Shown: positions 55,926 to 64,000 of the stretch, piece by piece
Layout: each line of letters starts with the position of its first letter
Numbering within the stretch: the first letter of the stretch is position 1
NCBI GenBank assembly: GCA_963770835.1
Contig: CAVYRH010000007.1
Span: forward strand, 64,001-128,000
Direction: 5' to 3'
DNA: 64,000 bases
Origin: an uncultured Pseudomonadota bacterium
GTDB taxonomy: Bacteria; Oederibacteriota; Muellerivitia; Muellerivitales; Muellerivitaceae
Notes under the pieces: generated by a model
The model's database searches: none
What the model was told of the DNA's origin: nothing
What the model saw: only the letters and a program-made list of their open reading frames with translations
Translations under genes and position numbers: made by a program

Positions 55926-57212
55926 ATGGAAGATAAACCGAACAAGTTAACTCAATTTCTCCAGCAAAAGGAAGACGTCCTCCAGGAACGGTGGCGTGCT
56001 TCCGTGCACCAATTGTCCGGCCGCTTGGAGAGTTTCAGCAAGCACCCTGGGATTTTTGGCGAGGTGCGCGGTTTGCTGCTGGATCTGGTAGCGGTGGTGG
56101 AGCGGACGGGAAGCGTAGAACAAGCGGTAGACGCCGAATTCAACGAGATATTGGCCCACCTCAGGGCTCTTCAATCGGACCACCAACTTTCCTCCGCCGA
56201 CATGGTTTTCCTCCTTTTTTCCATGAGGGACGCGGTTCGGGAAGCGGTGCGAGAGGTCGTGGATATGGGGCCTGACGGCCAGCATGAAGTTTCCACACAT
56301 TTCCAGGTGGTAAGCCAGGTTTCCATGCTGTTAAACCGGCTGGGGCTTGTCTTTTTCGAGGGCGCCATGCGGCTACGGGAGGATGGGGGCACGCAGGACG
56401 TACTTGCCATTGAATATGCCCTCCTTTATGAACGGGCCCGCCAGATGGCTATCACCGACCGCCTGACCGGGCTTTACAATTTTGGCTATTTCCACGAACG
56501 CCTAAAAGAAGAGCGAATGAGAGCGGAGAGGTACCATCGTCTTTTATCGCTGGTCATTCTCGATATCGACCATTTCAAGAAATACAACGATTCCAACGGC
56601 CATCCGGCAGGGAACGAGGTTTTAAAGAAAATCGCCACGATCCTAAAACAAGAGGCCAGGGAAGTGGACATTGTTGCCCGTTATGGAGGGGAGGAAATGG
56701 TCATCATCCTTCCAGAAACAAGCCGGAGACGAGCCGCCGAATTAGCGGAACGAATTCGTCAAAGGGTTTCAGAAGGGCTCTTCGACCACATGCAATCCCA
56801 ACCGCTCGGGAAGCTGACTATCTCGGCGGGCGTGGCCACCTTTCCCGTTGACGCCTCCACGGAGGATGACCTGATTAAAAAGGCGGACACCAGTCTTTAC
56901 CAGGCCAAAGCCCAGGGCCGCAATCGGGTCGTGGTCTTTGAGCCGCCAATCAAGGTGCCGATCACCTATCGGCCCAACCGGGAAATTTCCAAGGTCGCAT
57001 TGGTTGGCAACTTCAACAACTGGGACAAAGACGCGGATCCCATGTTACGTCAGGAGGATAGTACTTTCCGTTTCGTGATCGCCCTCAATCCCGGACTTTA
57101 TCATTACAAGTTTGTTTTGAATGATGTCGAATGGATACCCGATCCATCCTGTCCGGAACGAGTTCACGACGGGTTGGGCGGTGATAATAGCGTGCTGCGG
57201 GTACACGCTTAG
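55926..57212 (+). CDS. Diguanylate cyclase: helical RsbRD_N-like N-domain + GGDEF + C-terminal CBM48 (AMPK-beta-like glycogen-binding) domain
   Basis: DRLTGLYN, DIDHFKKYND, I-site REVD, RYGGEEM, AKAQGRN; then VALVGNFNNW...PGLYHYKFVLNDVEWIPDP...DGLGGDNSVL. Confidence 0.9.
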   Translation: MEDKPNKLTQFLQQKEDVLQERWRASVHQLSGRLESFSKHPGIFGEVRGLLLDLVAVVERTGSVEQAVDAEFNEILAHLRALQSDHQLSSADMVFLLFSMRDAVREAVREVVDMGPDGQHEVSTHFQVVSQVSMLLNRLGLVFFEGAMRLREDGGTQDVLAIEYALLYERARQMAITDRLTGLYNFGYFHERLKEERMRAERYHRLLSLVILDIDHFKKYNDSNGHPAGNEVLKKIATILKQEAREVDIVARYGGEEMVIILPETSRRRAAELAERIRQRVSEGLFDHMQSQPLGKLTISAGVATFPVDASTEDDLIKKADTSLYQAKAQGRNRVVVFEPPIKVPITYRPNREISKVALVGNFNNWDKDADPMLRQEDSTFRFVIALNPGLYHYKFVLNDVEWIPDPSCPERVHDGLGGDNSVLRVHA

Positions 57213-57321
57213 TCCTTTACGGTTCCTTCCCACCAGTGCCCCGGGAATTCCAAAAAACACTAAACATTTCCAACGGCTTTTGATAAGCTTTCGGTCTTAA
57301 TCCGCAGTTTTTGGACGGAAA

Positions 57322-60153
57322 ATGGCCGATTACAAGTCAACACTCAATATCACGCAGACCTCTTTCCCCATGAAAGCCAATCTTCCCCAAACCGAGCCGG
57401 AGAGGCTCAAACTTTGGGAAGGGATGGGCTTTTACCGCCGCACCTTCGAGAAGCCGGGCGCCCCTAAGTATGTTCTGCACGACGGCCCTCCCTTTGCCAA
57501 CGGCGACATCCACATGGGCCATGCCTTGAATAAAGTGTTGAAGGACATCATCGTCAAATACCAGGCCTTGAAAGGTCAGGACGCGCCCTACGTACCGGGG
57601 TGGGATTGCCACGGCATGCCTATTGAGCACAAAGTGGTGGAGCAATTGGGCCCCAAGGTTAAGGCCATGTCCAAGGTAGAAATCCGCAATGAGTGCCGGA
57701 AATACGCGGGAAAGTTCCTGGACCGCCAGCGGGAGGAGTTCAAACGCCTGGGCGTTTTCGGCGATTTTGAGAAACCTTATAGCACCATGGACCCGGCTTA
57801 TGAGCTGTCCCTGGTGAAGGCCCTGACAAAGATGGTTTCGGAGGGTTATGTCAACCGCCGCTTGCGCCCCATCCACTGGTGTCCTGTGTGCAAATCCGCC
57901 TTGGCCGAGGCCGAGGTGGAATACGCCGACCATGAATCCCTTGCCGTGACAGTCGCCTTTCCAGTGAAAAAGCTACCGGACGACGTTTTTCCCAATACAC
58001 CCCGCCAAAACCTCTCATTCCTCATTTGGACGACCACCCCCTGGACGCTGCCGGCCAACCTGGGGATTTCGGTGCATTCCGATTTTGAGTATGTGACTCT
58101 TCAAGTGAGGGACGCTTATTACATTGTGGCTAAGGTGCTTTTGCCCCAGGTGGCAGCCATGTGCGGTTGGAAGGCTTCGGATTTCAGGATTATTGATGAG
58201 ATCCGAGGTGAGGCTTTGGACCGTTCCCTGGCCCGACACCCTTTTCTAGACCAAGATTCCCTTGTGATGGTAGGCGCCCATGTAACCGCAGAGGCCGGCA
58301 CGGGCTTGGTGCACACGGCCCCCGGCCATGGCCGGGAAGACTATGAAATTGGCTTGAAATACAACTTGCCCATCTATTCGCCGGTGGACGAGGCGGGGAA
58401 GTATGATTCCCGGGTCAAGGAATATGAGGGAATGACCGTCTGGGATGCCAATCCCAAGATCGTGGAAAAACTTAAAAGCCTGGGCCGACTTCTTTCCCTT
58501 CAAACCATCAAGCACAGCTACCCGCATTGTTGGCGCTCGAAAAATCCCATCATCTTCCGTGCTACCGCCCAATGGTTTATCGAGCTGGATCACAAAGATT
58601 TGCGCAAGAAATGCCTGGCGGAAATCGAGAAGGTCCAATGGATTCCTTCCTGGGGAAAGGACCGAATCAAAAACATGGTGGAAGGCCGCACGGACTGGTG
58701 TATTTCCCGGCAGAGGGCCTGGGGCGTGCCCATCGCGGCCGTTTACTGCAAGGCTTGCGGGAAGGTTGTGGGCGACCTCAAAGTGCTGGAGTCCATCGTT
58801 TCGCTGGTCCAAAAAGAAGGCATCGACGGCTGGTTTGAACACCAAGCACAGGATGTTCTCCCCCAAGGATTCAAGTGCCCTTGCGGTTCCTCCGAATTTG
58901 TAAAGGAAGAGGACATTTTGGATGTTTGGTTCGAATCCGGTAGTTCCCATTTCGCGGTCATCGATCAAAGGGAAGAACTAAAAAACGCGAATTATATCCT
59001 TTATTTAGAAGGAAGCGACCAACACCGCGGTTGGTTCCAACATGCGCTGTGGACCGGTGTGGCCTTGAAGGGAAAGGCGCCTTTCAATGGTGTTTTGACC
59101 CACGGTTTTATCCTGGACGCAGAAGGCAAAGCCATGCACAAGAGCGCGGGCAATGTCATCGATCCCCTTGAGATGATCAAGAAATACGGCGCGGACGTCC
59201 TGCGCCTATGGGTTTCCTCCGAGGATTACACCGAGGACGTTTCCATCAGCGAGGAAATGCTGGCCCGCATGTCGGAGGCCTACCGCCGTATCCGCAATAC
59301 TTTTCGCTTCATCCTGGGGAACATCCAGGATTTCAATCCCAAGGCTCATCGCGTGGCGGAAAAGGACATGACGCCCCTGGACCGTTGGGCCTGGATGGAA
59401 GCCCGGAAGACCCTTTCCGTTCTGAGGGAAGCTTATGACCAATACCAGTTCACGAAGGTTTTCCACCAGGTGGACAATTTCTTCTCCGTGGCCTTGAGTG
59501 CGGGTTATTTCGACATCCTCAAAGACCGGCTTTATACTTTTGAAACGGATTCACCCGACCGGCGGGCTTCCCAAACCGTGTTGTATGACATCTTGAAGAA
59601 CTTTGTGATGGCCGTGGCGCCCATTCTTTCCTTTACCGCCGAGGAAATCTGGCAAAGCCTCGCGGAGAAATTCCGGGAGAAGGGTGAAAAAAGTGTGTTT
59701 GGCGGCCGTTGGGAGGCCGTGGATGCACAGATTGACCAAGCTTTTGAGCAAGAATGGGAACAGATATTGTCGGTTAAAAGGGCAGTTTCCAAGTCCCTGG
59801 AAGGCTTGCGGCAGGCCAAGACTATCGGGAGCTCCCTGGAAGGAGAAGTGGACCTTTATGTCGGTAATGACAAGGTGAAATCGACCCTTCAAAAACATAT
59901 CGACGAGCTTCGATATTATTTCCTCGTGTCCAAGGTTGAATTGAAGGATGGAGAGGTGCCTTCGGACGCCCTTGATGCGGAGGATTCGAACCTTAAAATT
60001 AAGGCCATCACCCGGAAATCCGCGGGTCAAAAATGCGCCCGGTGCTGGAATTATTACTCCTCGGAACAAATGGACAAGACTTATGCCGACATTTGCCACC
60101 GCTGCGGGCCTATCGTAAAGAAGTTCCAAAAGGTTTCGGAGGGTAAGGCCTGA
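57322..60153 (+). CDS. ileS: Isoleucine--tRNA ligase (type 1)
   Basis: DGPPFANG, HMGH, WTTTPWT, DWCISRQR, AMHKS, C-terminal CARC...CHRC zinc finger. Confidence 0.97.
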   Translation: MADYKSTLNITQTSFPMKANLPQTEPERLKLWEGMGFYRRTFEKPGAPKYVLHDGPPFANGDIHMGHALNKVLKDIIVKYQALKGQDAPYVPGWDCHGMPIEHKVVEQLGPKVKAMSKVEIRNECRKYAGKFLDRQREEFKRLGVFGDFEKPYSTMDPAYELSLVKALTKMVSEGYVNRRLRPIHWCPVCKSALAEAEVEYADHESLAVTVAFPVKKLPDDVFPNTPRQNLSFLIWTTTPWTLPANLGISVHSDFEYVTLQVRDAYYIVAKVLLPQVAAMCGWKASDFRIIDEIRGEALDRSLARHPFLDQDSLVMVGAHVTAEAGTGLVHTAPGHGREDYEIGLKYNLPIYSPVDEAGKYDSRVKEYEGMTVWDANPKIVEKLKSLGRLLSLQTIKHSYPHCWRSKNPIIFRATAQWFIELDHKDLRKKCLAEIEKVQWIPSWGKDRIKNMVEGRTDWCISRQRAWGVPIAAVYCKACGKVVGDLKVLESIVSLVQKEGIDGWFEHQAQDVLPQGFKCPCGSSEFVKEEDILDVWFESGSSHFAVIDQREELKNANYILYLEGSDQHRGWFQHALWTGVALKGKAPFNGVLTHGFILDAEGKAMHKSAGNVIDPLEMIKKYGADVLRLWVSSEDYTEDVSISEEMLARMSEAYRRIRNTFRFILGNIQDFNPKAHRVAEKDMTPLDRWAWMEARKTLSVLREAYDQYQFTKVFHQVDNFFSVALSAGYFDILKDRLYTFETDSPDRRASQTVLYDILKNFVMAVAPILSFTAEEIWQSLAEKFREKGEKSVFGGRWEAVDAQIDQAFEQEWEQILSVKRAVSKSLEGLRQAKTIGSSLEGEVDLYVGNDKVKSTLQKHIDELRYYFLVSKVELKDGEVPSDALDAEDSNLKIKAITRKSAGQKCARCWNYYSSEQMDKTYADICHRCGPIVKKFQKVSEGKA

Positions 60154-60635
60154 TGATGCTTATGGGCATTTCCATGCTGGTTGTGGCCTTGGACCAATTG
60201 ACCAAATTTCTGGTCCTTAACTCCATGTCCCTCAACGAATCGGTGCCAGTGCTTCCCAACCTGCTTTACCTCACTTATATCCAAAACCCCGGGACGGCTT
60301 TTGGTTTCATGTCGAACATGGAATCGCTGGTACGCATTCCCTTCTTTATCGCGGCAACGGTCGGGGCGACCTTTATCGTCTACATGTATCAGCGGTTGAT
60401 TCCACCTGAAAGGCGGTTCACCAAGATCGCCTTGGGCCTGGTGTGGGGCGGCGCCTTGGGCAACTTGGTGGACCGATTGCTATACGGCAAGGTCATCGAC
60501 TTTATTGAGATGCGTTACCACGAATACCAATGGTTCCCTTATATTTTCAATGTTGCCGATTCCTGCATTACCATTGGGATATTCTATCTGCTGATTGAGT
60601 TCATTACTTCCAATCGCCAGAAGTCTCTTTCGTGA
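60153..60635 (+). CDS. lspA: Lipoprotein signal peptidase II, copy 1
   Basis: DQLTK, NPGTAFG, GGALGNLVDR, VIDF, FNVAD. Confidence 0.93.
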   Translation: MMLMGISMLVVALDQLTKFLVLNSMSLNESVPVLPNLLYLTYIQNPGTAFGFMSNMESLVRIPFFIAATVGATFIVYMYQRLIPPERRFTKIALGLVWGGALGNLVDRLLYGKVIDFIEMRYHEYQWFPYIFNVADSCITIGIFYLLIEFITSNRQKSLS

Positions 60636-61114
60636 GCATCCGGGTGGTTTCCATATTGGCGGTTCTTTTTGACCAGCTTTCTAAATATCTGATCGTACGT
60701 ACCTGCCGGTTAGGGGAATCACTGACCGTTCTTCGGGAATATTTCTATATTACCTACATCCAAAATCCAGGAGCAGCCTTCGGTTTTATGGCTGATACAC
60801 CAGCTTATGTGCGCATCCCCTTTTTTATCGTGATCACACTCGGGGCGGGCCTCATTGTTTACGCTTATCAACGCTTTATTCCCCGGGAAAAGAAACTGCA
60901 CCGATTTGCCCTGGGGTTGATTTGGGGAGGGGCCATGGGTAACTTCATAGATAGGCTTTTCTACCGTAAGGTTGTGGACTTTATCGATGTTCGTTATCAT
61001 CAACACCAATGGTACGTATTTAACATCGCCGACTCCTGCATCACGGTGGGTCTCACGCTTTTAATACTGGGTTATTTGAGCGAAAAGAAAAGTCCTTGGC
61101 GGGTGAGAAATTAA
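60632..61114 (+). CDS. lspA: Lipoprotein signal peptidase II, copy 2
   Basis: DQLSK, NPGAAFG, GGAMGNFIDR, VVDF, FNIAD. Confidence 0.93.
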   Translation: MSIRVVSILAVLFDQLSKYLIVRTCRLGESLTVLREYFYITYIQNPGAAFGFMADTPAYVRIPFFIVITLGAGLIVYAYQRFIPREKKLHRFALGLIWGGAMGNFIDRLFYRKVVDFIDVRYHQHQWYVFNIADSCITVGLTLLILGYLSEKKSPWRVRN

Positions 61115-61974
61115 TGTATCCAAAATTACCTTTTTCCATCCCTGCGTTTGCCCTCTTCGGCCACATCTTTGGGCCGATTTATTTCTATACCTATGGCCTT
61201 TGCATGGCTGTGGCTCTGGGGTTCAGTATTTATCTTTTTGCGCGGGACGCGGGTAAATATATTGCGCCTAAAGTGGGCCTTAACTACCAGCAGGGGTTCC
61301 AAAAGGCTTTCGATTTGGGGGTCTATGTTATTGTTTGCTCGCTTCTCGGTGCTCGAATTTTTTACGTTTTGGAGAACCATTCAGAATTCGAGAACGGCCA
61401 TTGGTTAGACGCCGTCAAGATTTGGCAGGGAGGGTTGGTGTTTTACGGTGGCCTTTTCGGCGCCCTTGCCGTGGCCTGGTATTGGATGAAGGTTGAGAAA
61501 TGGCCACTCAGTTACTGTTTTGACCTCGTGGCACCTTACATCCTTTTGGGTCATGCCATCGGTCGTGTGGGATGTTTTTTGAACGGTTGCTGTTATGGCA
61601 ACGTATCGGATGTTCACCAAGGAATCTTTGACTTGGCCCATGGCTGGATTTTTCCTGGCGGCGAAGATCAACAACCCCATTTGCCCACACAGCTATGGGA
61701 ATTGATAGGCGATCTGGGGCTTTTCTTTTTCCTGCTTTGGGTTCGGCGTTGGACTATTCGTTATACCTGGTTGACCTTTAGTCTTTACGGGTTAACCTAC
61801 GGTCTTCTGCGGTTCGTTATCGAGATTTGGCGGCTTGACCGGAGTGTCCATTTCCTGATCGCATTCCGTTCTGCTTCCCAGGCAACCAGCGCCATTATCG
61901 TCGTCCTGTCCTTGGCCGCTATCATTTGGACTCTCTTGAAGAACGGCGACCGTCAGTCTTCAGGCCCAATTTGA
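61114..61974 (+). CDS. lgt: Prolipoprotein diacylglyceryl transferase
   Basis: GARIFY, GGLVFYGG, GRVGCFLNGCCYG, PTQLWE, RFVIE; TAATG overlap. Confidence 0.93.
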   Translation: MYPKLPFSIPAFALFGHIFGPIYFYTYGLCMAVALGFSIYLFARDAGKYIAPKVGLNYQQGFQKAFDLGVYVIVCSLLGARIFYVLENHSEFENGHWLDAVKIWQGGLVFYGGLFGALAVAWYWMKVEKWPLSYCFDLVAPYILLGHAIGRVGCFLNGCCYGNVSDVHQGIFDLAHGWIFPGGEDQQPHLPTQLWELIGDLGLFFFLLWVRRWTIRYTWLTFSLYGLTYGLLRFVIEIWRLDRSVHFLIAFRSASQATSAIIVVLSLAAIIWTLLKNGDRQSSGPI

Positions 61975-62000
61975 GCTCGACCTGTTAAAATGAGCGCCGA

Positions 62001-62978
62001 ATGAAACCCTCTTCGTCTTCGCCCCAGACCTCAGTTTTCACTGTTTCCAAGACCCAGAGCGGGAAGCGCCTGGACGTTTTTTTATCGTCCCAATTGCCGT
62101 CTTTTTCCCGAAGCCAAGTACAGGCTATCCTCAAGGCGGGCCACATCATTCCCCAATTTGAAATTAAATCCCTTAAGTCTGGAATGACGGTCGTGGAAGG
62201 ACAAGCTTTTCAAGTTACGATTCCTCCGTCTCGAAAATCCGACATCCCCTCACAAGCCATCTCGTTAGACGTGGTTTTTGAAGACGACGATCTTTTGGTG
62301 ATCAACAAGCCGGCCGGGTTGGTGGTCCATCCGGGCGCCGGAAATCCTGACCATACTTTGATCAATGCCTTGGTGGCCCATTGCCCGGATATTGCCGGTG
62401 TTGGGGGTGTGCAAAGGCCAGGACTCGTCCACCGATTGGACAAGAACACATCGGGGCTTCTGGTGGTCGCCAAAACCGATGCAGCCTACAAAAGCCTGGT
62501 TAAGCAATTGAGGTACCGAAAATTAAGCCGGGAATATTTGGGGATCGTGAAAGGAAAACTCGAGGGGCGAGGAAAAGTGGACGCGCCTATCGGCCGACAC
62601 GTGAGCGCCCGAAAAAAAATGGCTGTCCGGCCTGAGAGCGGGAAAAAGGCGGTCACCCATTTCAGGGCTTTGGAATCCAACGAAAACGCCAGTTTGATGC
62701 ATTTGAAGCTTGAAACAGGGCGTACCCACCAGATTCGCGTGCATCTGCAGTACATTCATCATCCCATCTTGGGCGACGCGGTTTACAGCGGCCCTACGGT
62801 GCCCGCCAACCGCCAGATGCTCCACGCGTTCAGGCTTTCCTTCCAACACCCTCGAATAGGCGGCCTAAAGGAATATTATGCCCCTCCACCACGGGATTTT
62901 GAGGAATGCCTTTCGGCACTCGGCCTTCAAGTTCTATCGTGGAAAAAAGTGGAATGGCGGGACTCCGAGAAGGCTTAA
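62001..62978 (+). CDS. rluD: RluA/RluD-family pseudouridine synthase
   Basis: S4-like N-terminus, NKPAGLVVHP, HRLDKNTSG, TGRTHQIRVH. Confidence 0.88.
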   Translation: MKPSSSSPQTSVFTVSKTQSGKRLDVFLSSQLPSFSRSQVQAILKAGHIIPQFEIKSLKSGMTVVEGQAFQVTIPPSRKSDIPSQAISLDVVFEDDDLLVINKPAGLVVHPGAGNPDHTLINALVAHCPDIAGVGGVQRPGLVHRLDKNTSGLLVVAKTDAAYKSLVKQLRYRKLSREYLGIVKGKLEGRGKVDAPIGRHVSARKKMAVRPESGKKAVTHFRALESNENASLMHLKLETGRTHQIRVHLQYIHHPILGDAVYSGPTVPANRQMLHAFRLSFQHPRIGGLKEYYAPPPRDFEECLSALGLQVLSWKKVEWRDSEKA

Positions 62979-63006
62979 AAAAGAATGGGAAATCGATTCT
63001 AAATTC

Positions 63007-64000
63007 ATGGATTACAGCTTAAAAAGTCTTCTAAAACTCACTTTGGCCATCAAGGCTTCAGTGATTGGGCTGATTTATTTGGGATATTTTCTTTTTCCTT
63101 TCAATCTCTCCGATTACCAAGGTAATTTTGTCTATCCCTCCGGAGAAAATCCCAACCCTTGGACCCCTTTAAAAACTTGGGACGGACAAATCTATCTCCA
63201 TCTTGCTGACCACGGCTACGGGCCCCATCAGTTCACCAATGCTTTTTATCCCCTTTTCCCTTTTTTGATCCGAGTGGCGGGTTTGTGGTTGGGAGGGAAC
63301 AATCTTTTGGGAGGCCTTTTGATTTCCCATTTGTTCACTGTTTTAGCGATGATTTTTCTTTACAGGATAACTCAGGAAAAATACGACGAAAAAACCGCTT
63401 TTTACGGCTGTCTGTTCATGCTGGCTTTTCCTATGGGTTTTTACCTGGGGCTCCTTTACACCGAATCCCTCTTTCTTCTGCTGACAATCGCGTACTTTTA
63501 TTATTGGCGCCAAAAGAGATACAGGTTTTCAGCCTTATGTGCTTTTTTGATGCCGTTGACGAGGCCAACGGGAATCCTGGTTTTTCTTCCAGCATTGGTC
63601 GCCTTGGGAGAGGAGAAGATTAAGACTAAGCCCACCGTCGTAAAGTGGTTTCCGTTGGCCGCCTTTCTTGCCGGTTATGCGGTTTATTTTTTGGCGATGC
63701 AGTTCATGACCGGAAACGCTTTTTCAGCCTTCGAATCGGAAAAATATTTTATCGCCCACTTTGACATTAAGAATTTATTCCATCCCGTGGATTGGTTCGC
63801 TAGGAACTTCATTAATGTAAATTCTGCAAATGCCATCGAACCGATACTCCTATTCAACAGAGGATTCTTTTTGCTTTTCCTTTGGGTGCTAGTAATCTCC
63901 CGGAAGTATCTCAGTAAATCCCTTTTAACATATTCCCTGGTGTTGGGGATGATTCCCGCACTTTCGGGGGGATTGGTTACTTATATGCGGTACTTGTTGG
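63007..64000 (+). CDS. PIG-V-like membrane mannosyltransferase (runs off the right edge of the window)
   Basis: Manual translation from ATG 63007: ...KTWDGQIYLHLADHGY...AFYPLFP...YTESLFL...TRPTG; multiple TMs. Confidence 0.75.
   Translation, partial: MDYSLKSLLKLTLAIKASVIGLIYLGYFLFPFNLSDYQGNFVYPSGENPNPWTPLKTWDGQIYLHLADHGYGPHQFTNAFYPLFPFLIRVAGLWLGGNNLLGGLLISHLFTVLAMIFLYRITQEKYDEKTAFYGCLFMLAFPMGFYLGLLYTESLFLLLTIAYFYYWRQKRYRFSALCAFLMPLTRPTGILVFLPALVALGEEKIKTKPTVVKWFPLAAFLAGYAVYFLAMQFMTGNAFSAFESEKYFIAHFDIKNLFHPVDWFARNFINVNSANAIEPILLFNRGFFLLFLWVLVISRKYLSKSLLTYSLVLGMIPALSGGLVTYMRYLL

Overview
Bacterial chromosomal window, moderately GC-rich by eye and probably from a diderm (GT9 heptosyltransferase-like gene, putative outer-membrane barrel, lspA/lgt). 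No rRNA, tRNA, CRISPR array, transposase or prophage was recognised. Housekeeping genes include comM/yifB (partial), ffh, a ClsB-like phospholipase D, a DEAD-box helicase, rpe, rlmN, hisG (frameshifted), typA, smc, ftsY, glgA, ileS, two tandem lspA, lgt and an RluA-family gene. Accessory modules are: (1) a copper-type cluster with a Cys-rich leader; (2) a Ser/Thr kinase-WD40 plus FHA-cyclase pair; (3) small exported proteins, two sharing an ECF-type promoter; (4) an operon of an exported tandem alpha/beta-hydrolase, a membrane spermidine-synthase-like protein and an exported PIMT-like methyltransferase; (5) glgA followed by a GGDEF protein with a C-terminal CBM48 glycogen-binding module. The intergenic DNA carries at least three families of hairpin elements. 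The 7-nt-periodic family has 7 copies, one of which encodes a mini-ORF bridging two ATGA overlaps. The 9-nt-periodic family has 2 copies, one of which supplies a lipoprotein signal peptide. A cruciform family has 2 copies. All protein calls come from motif recognition by eye, not from database searches.
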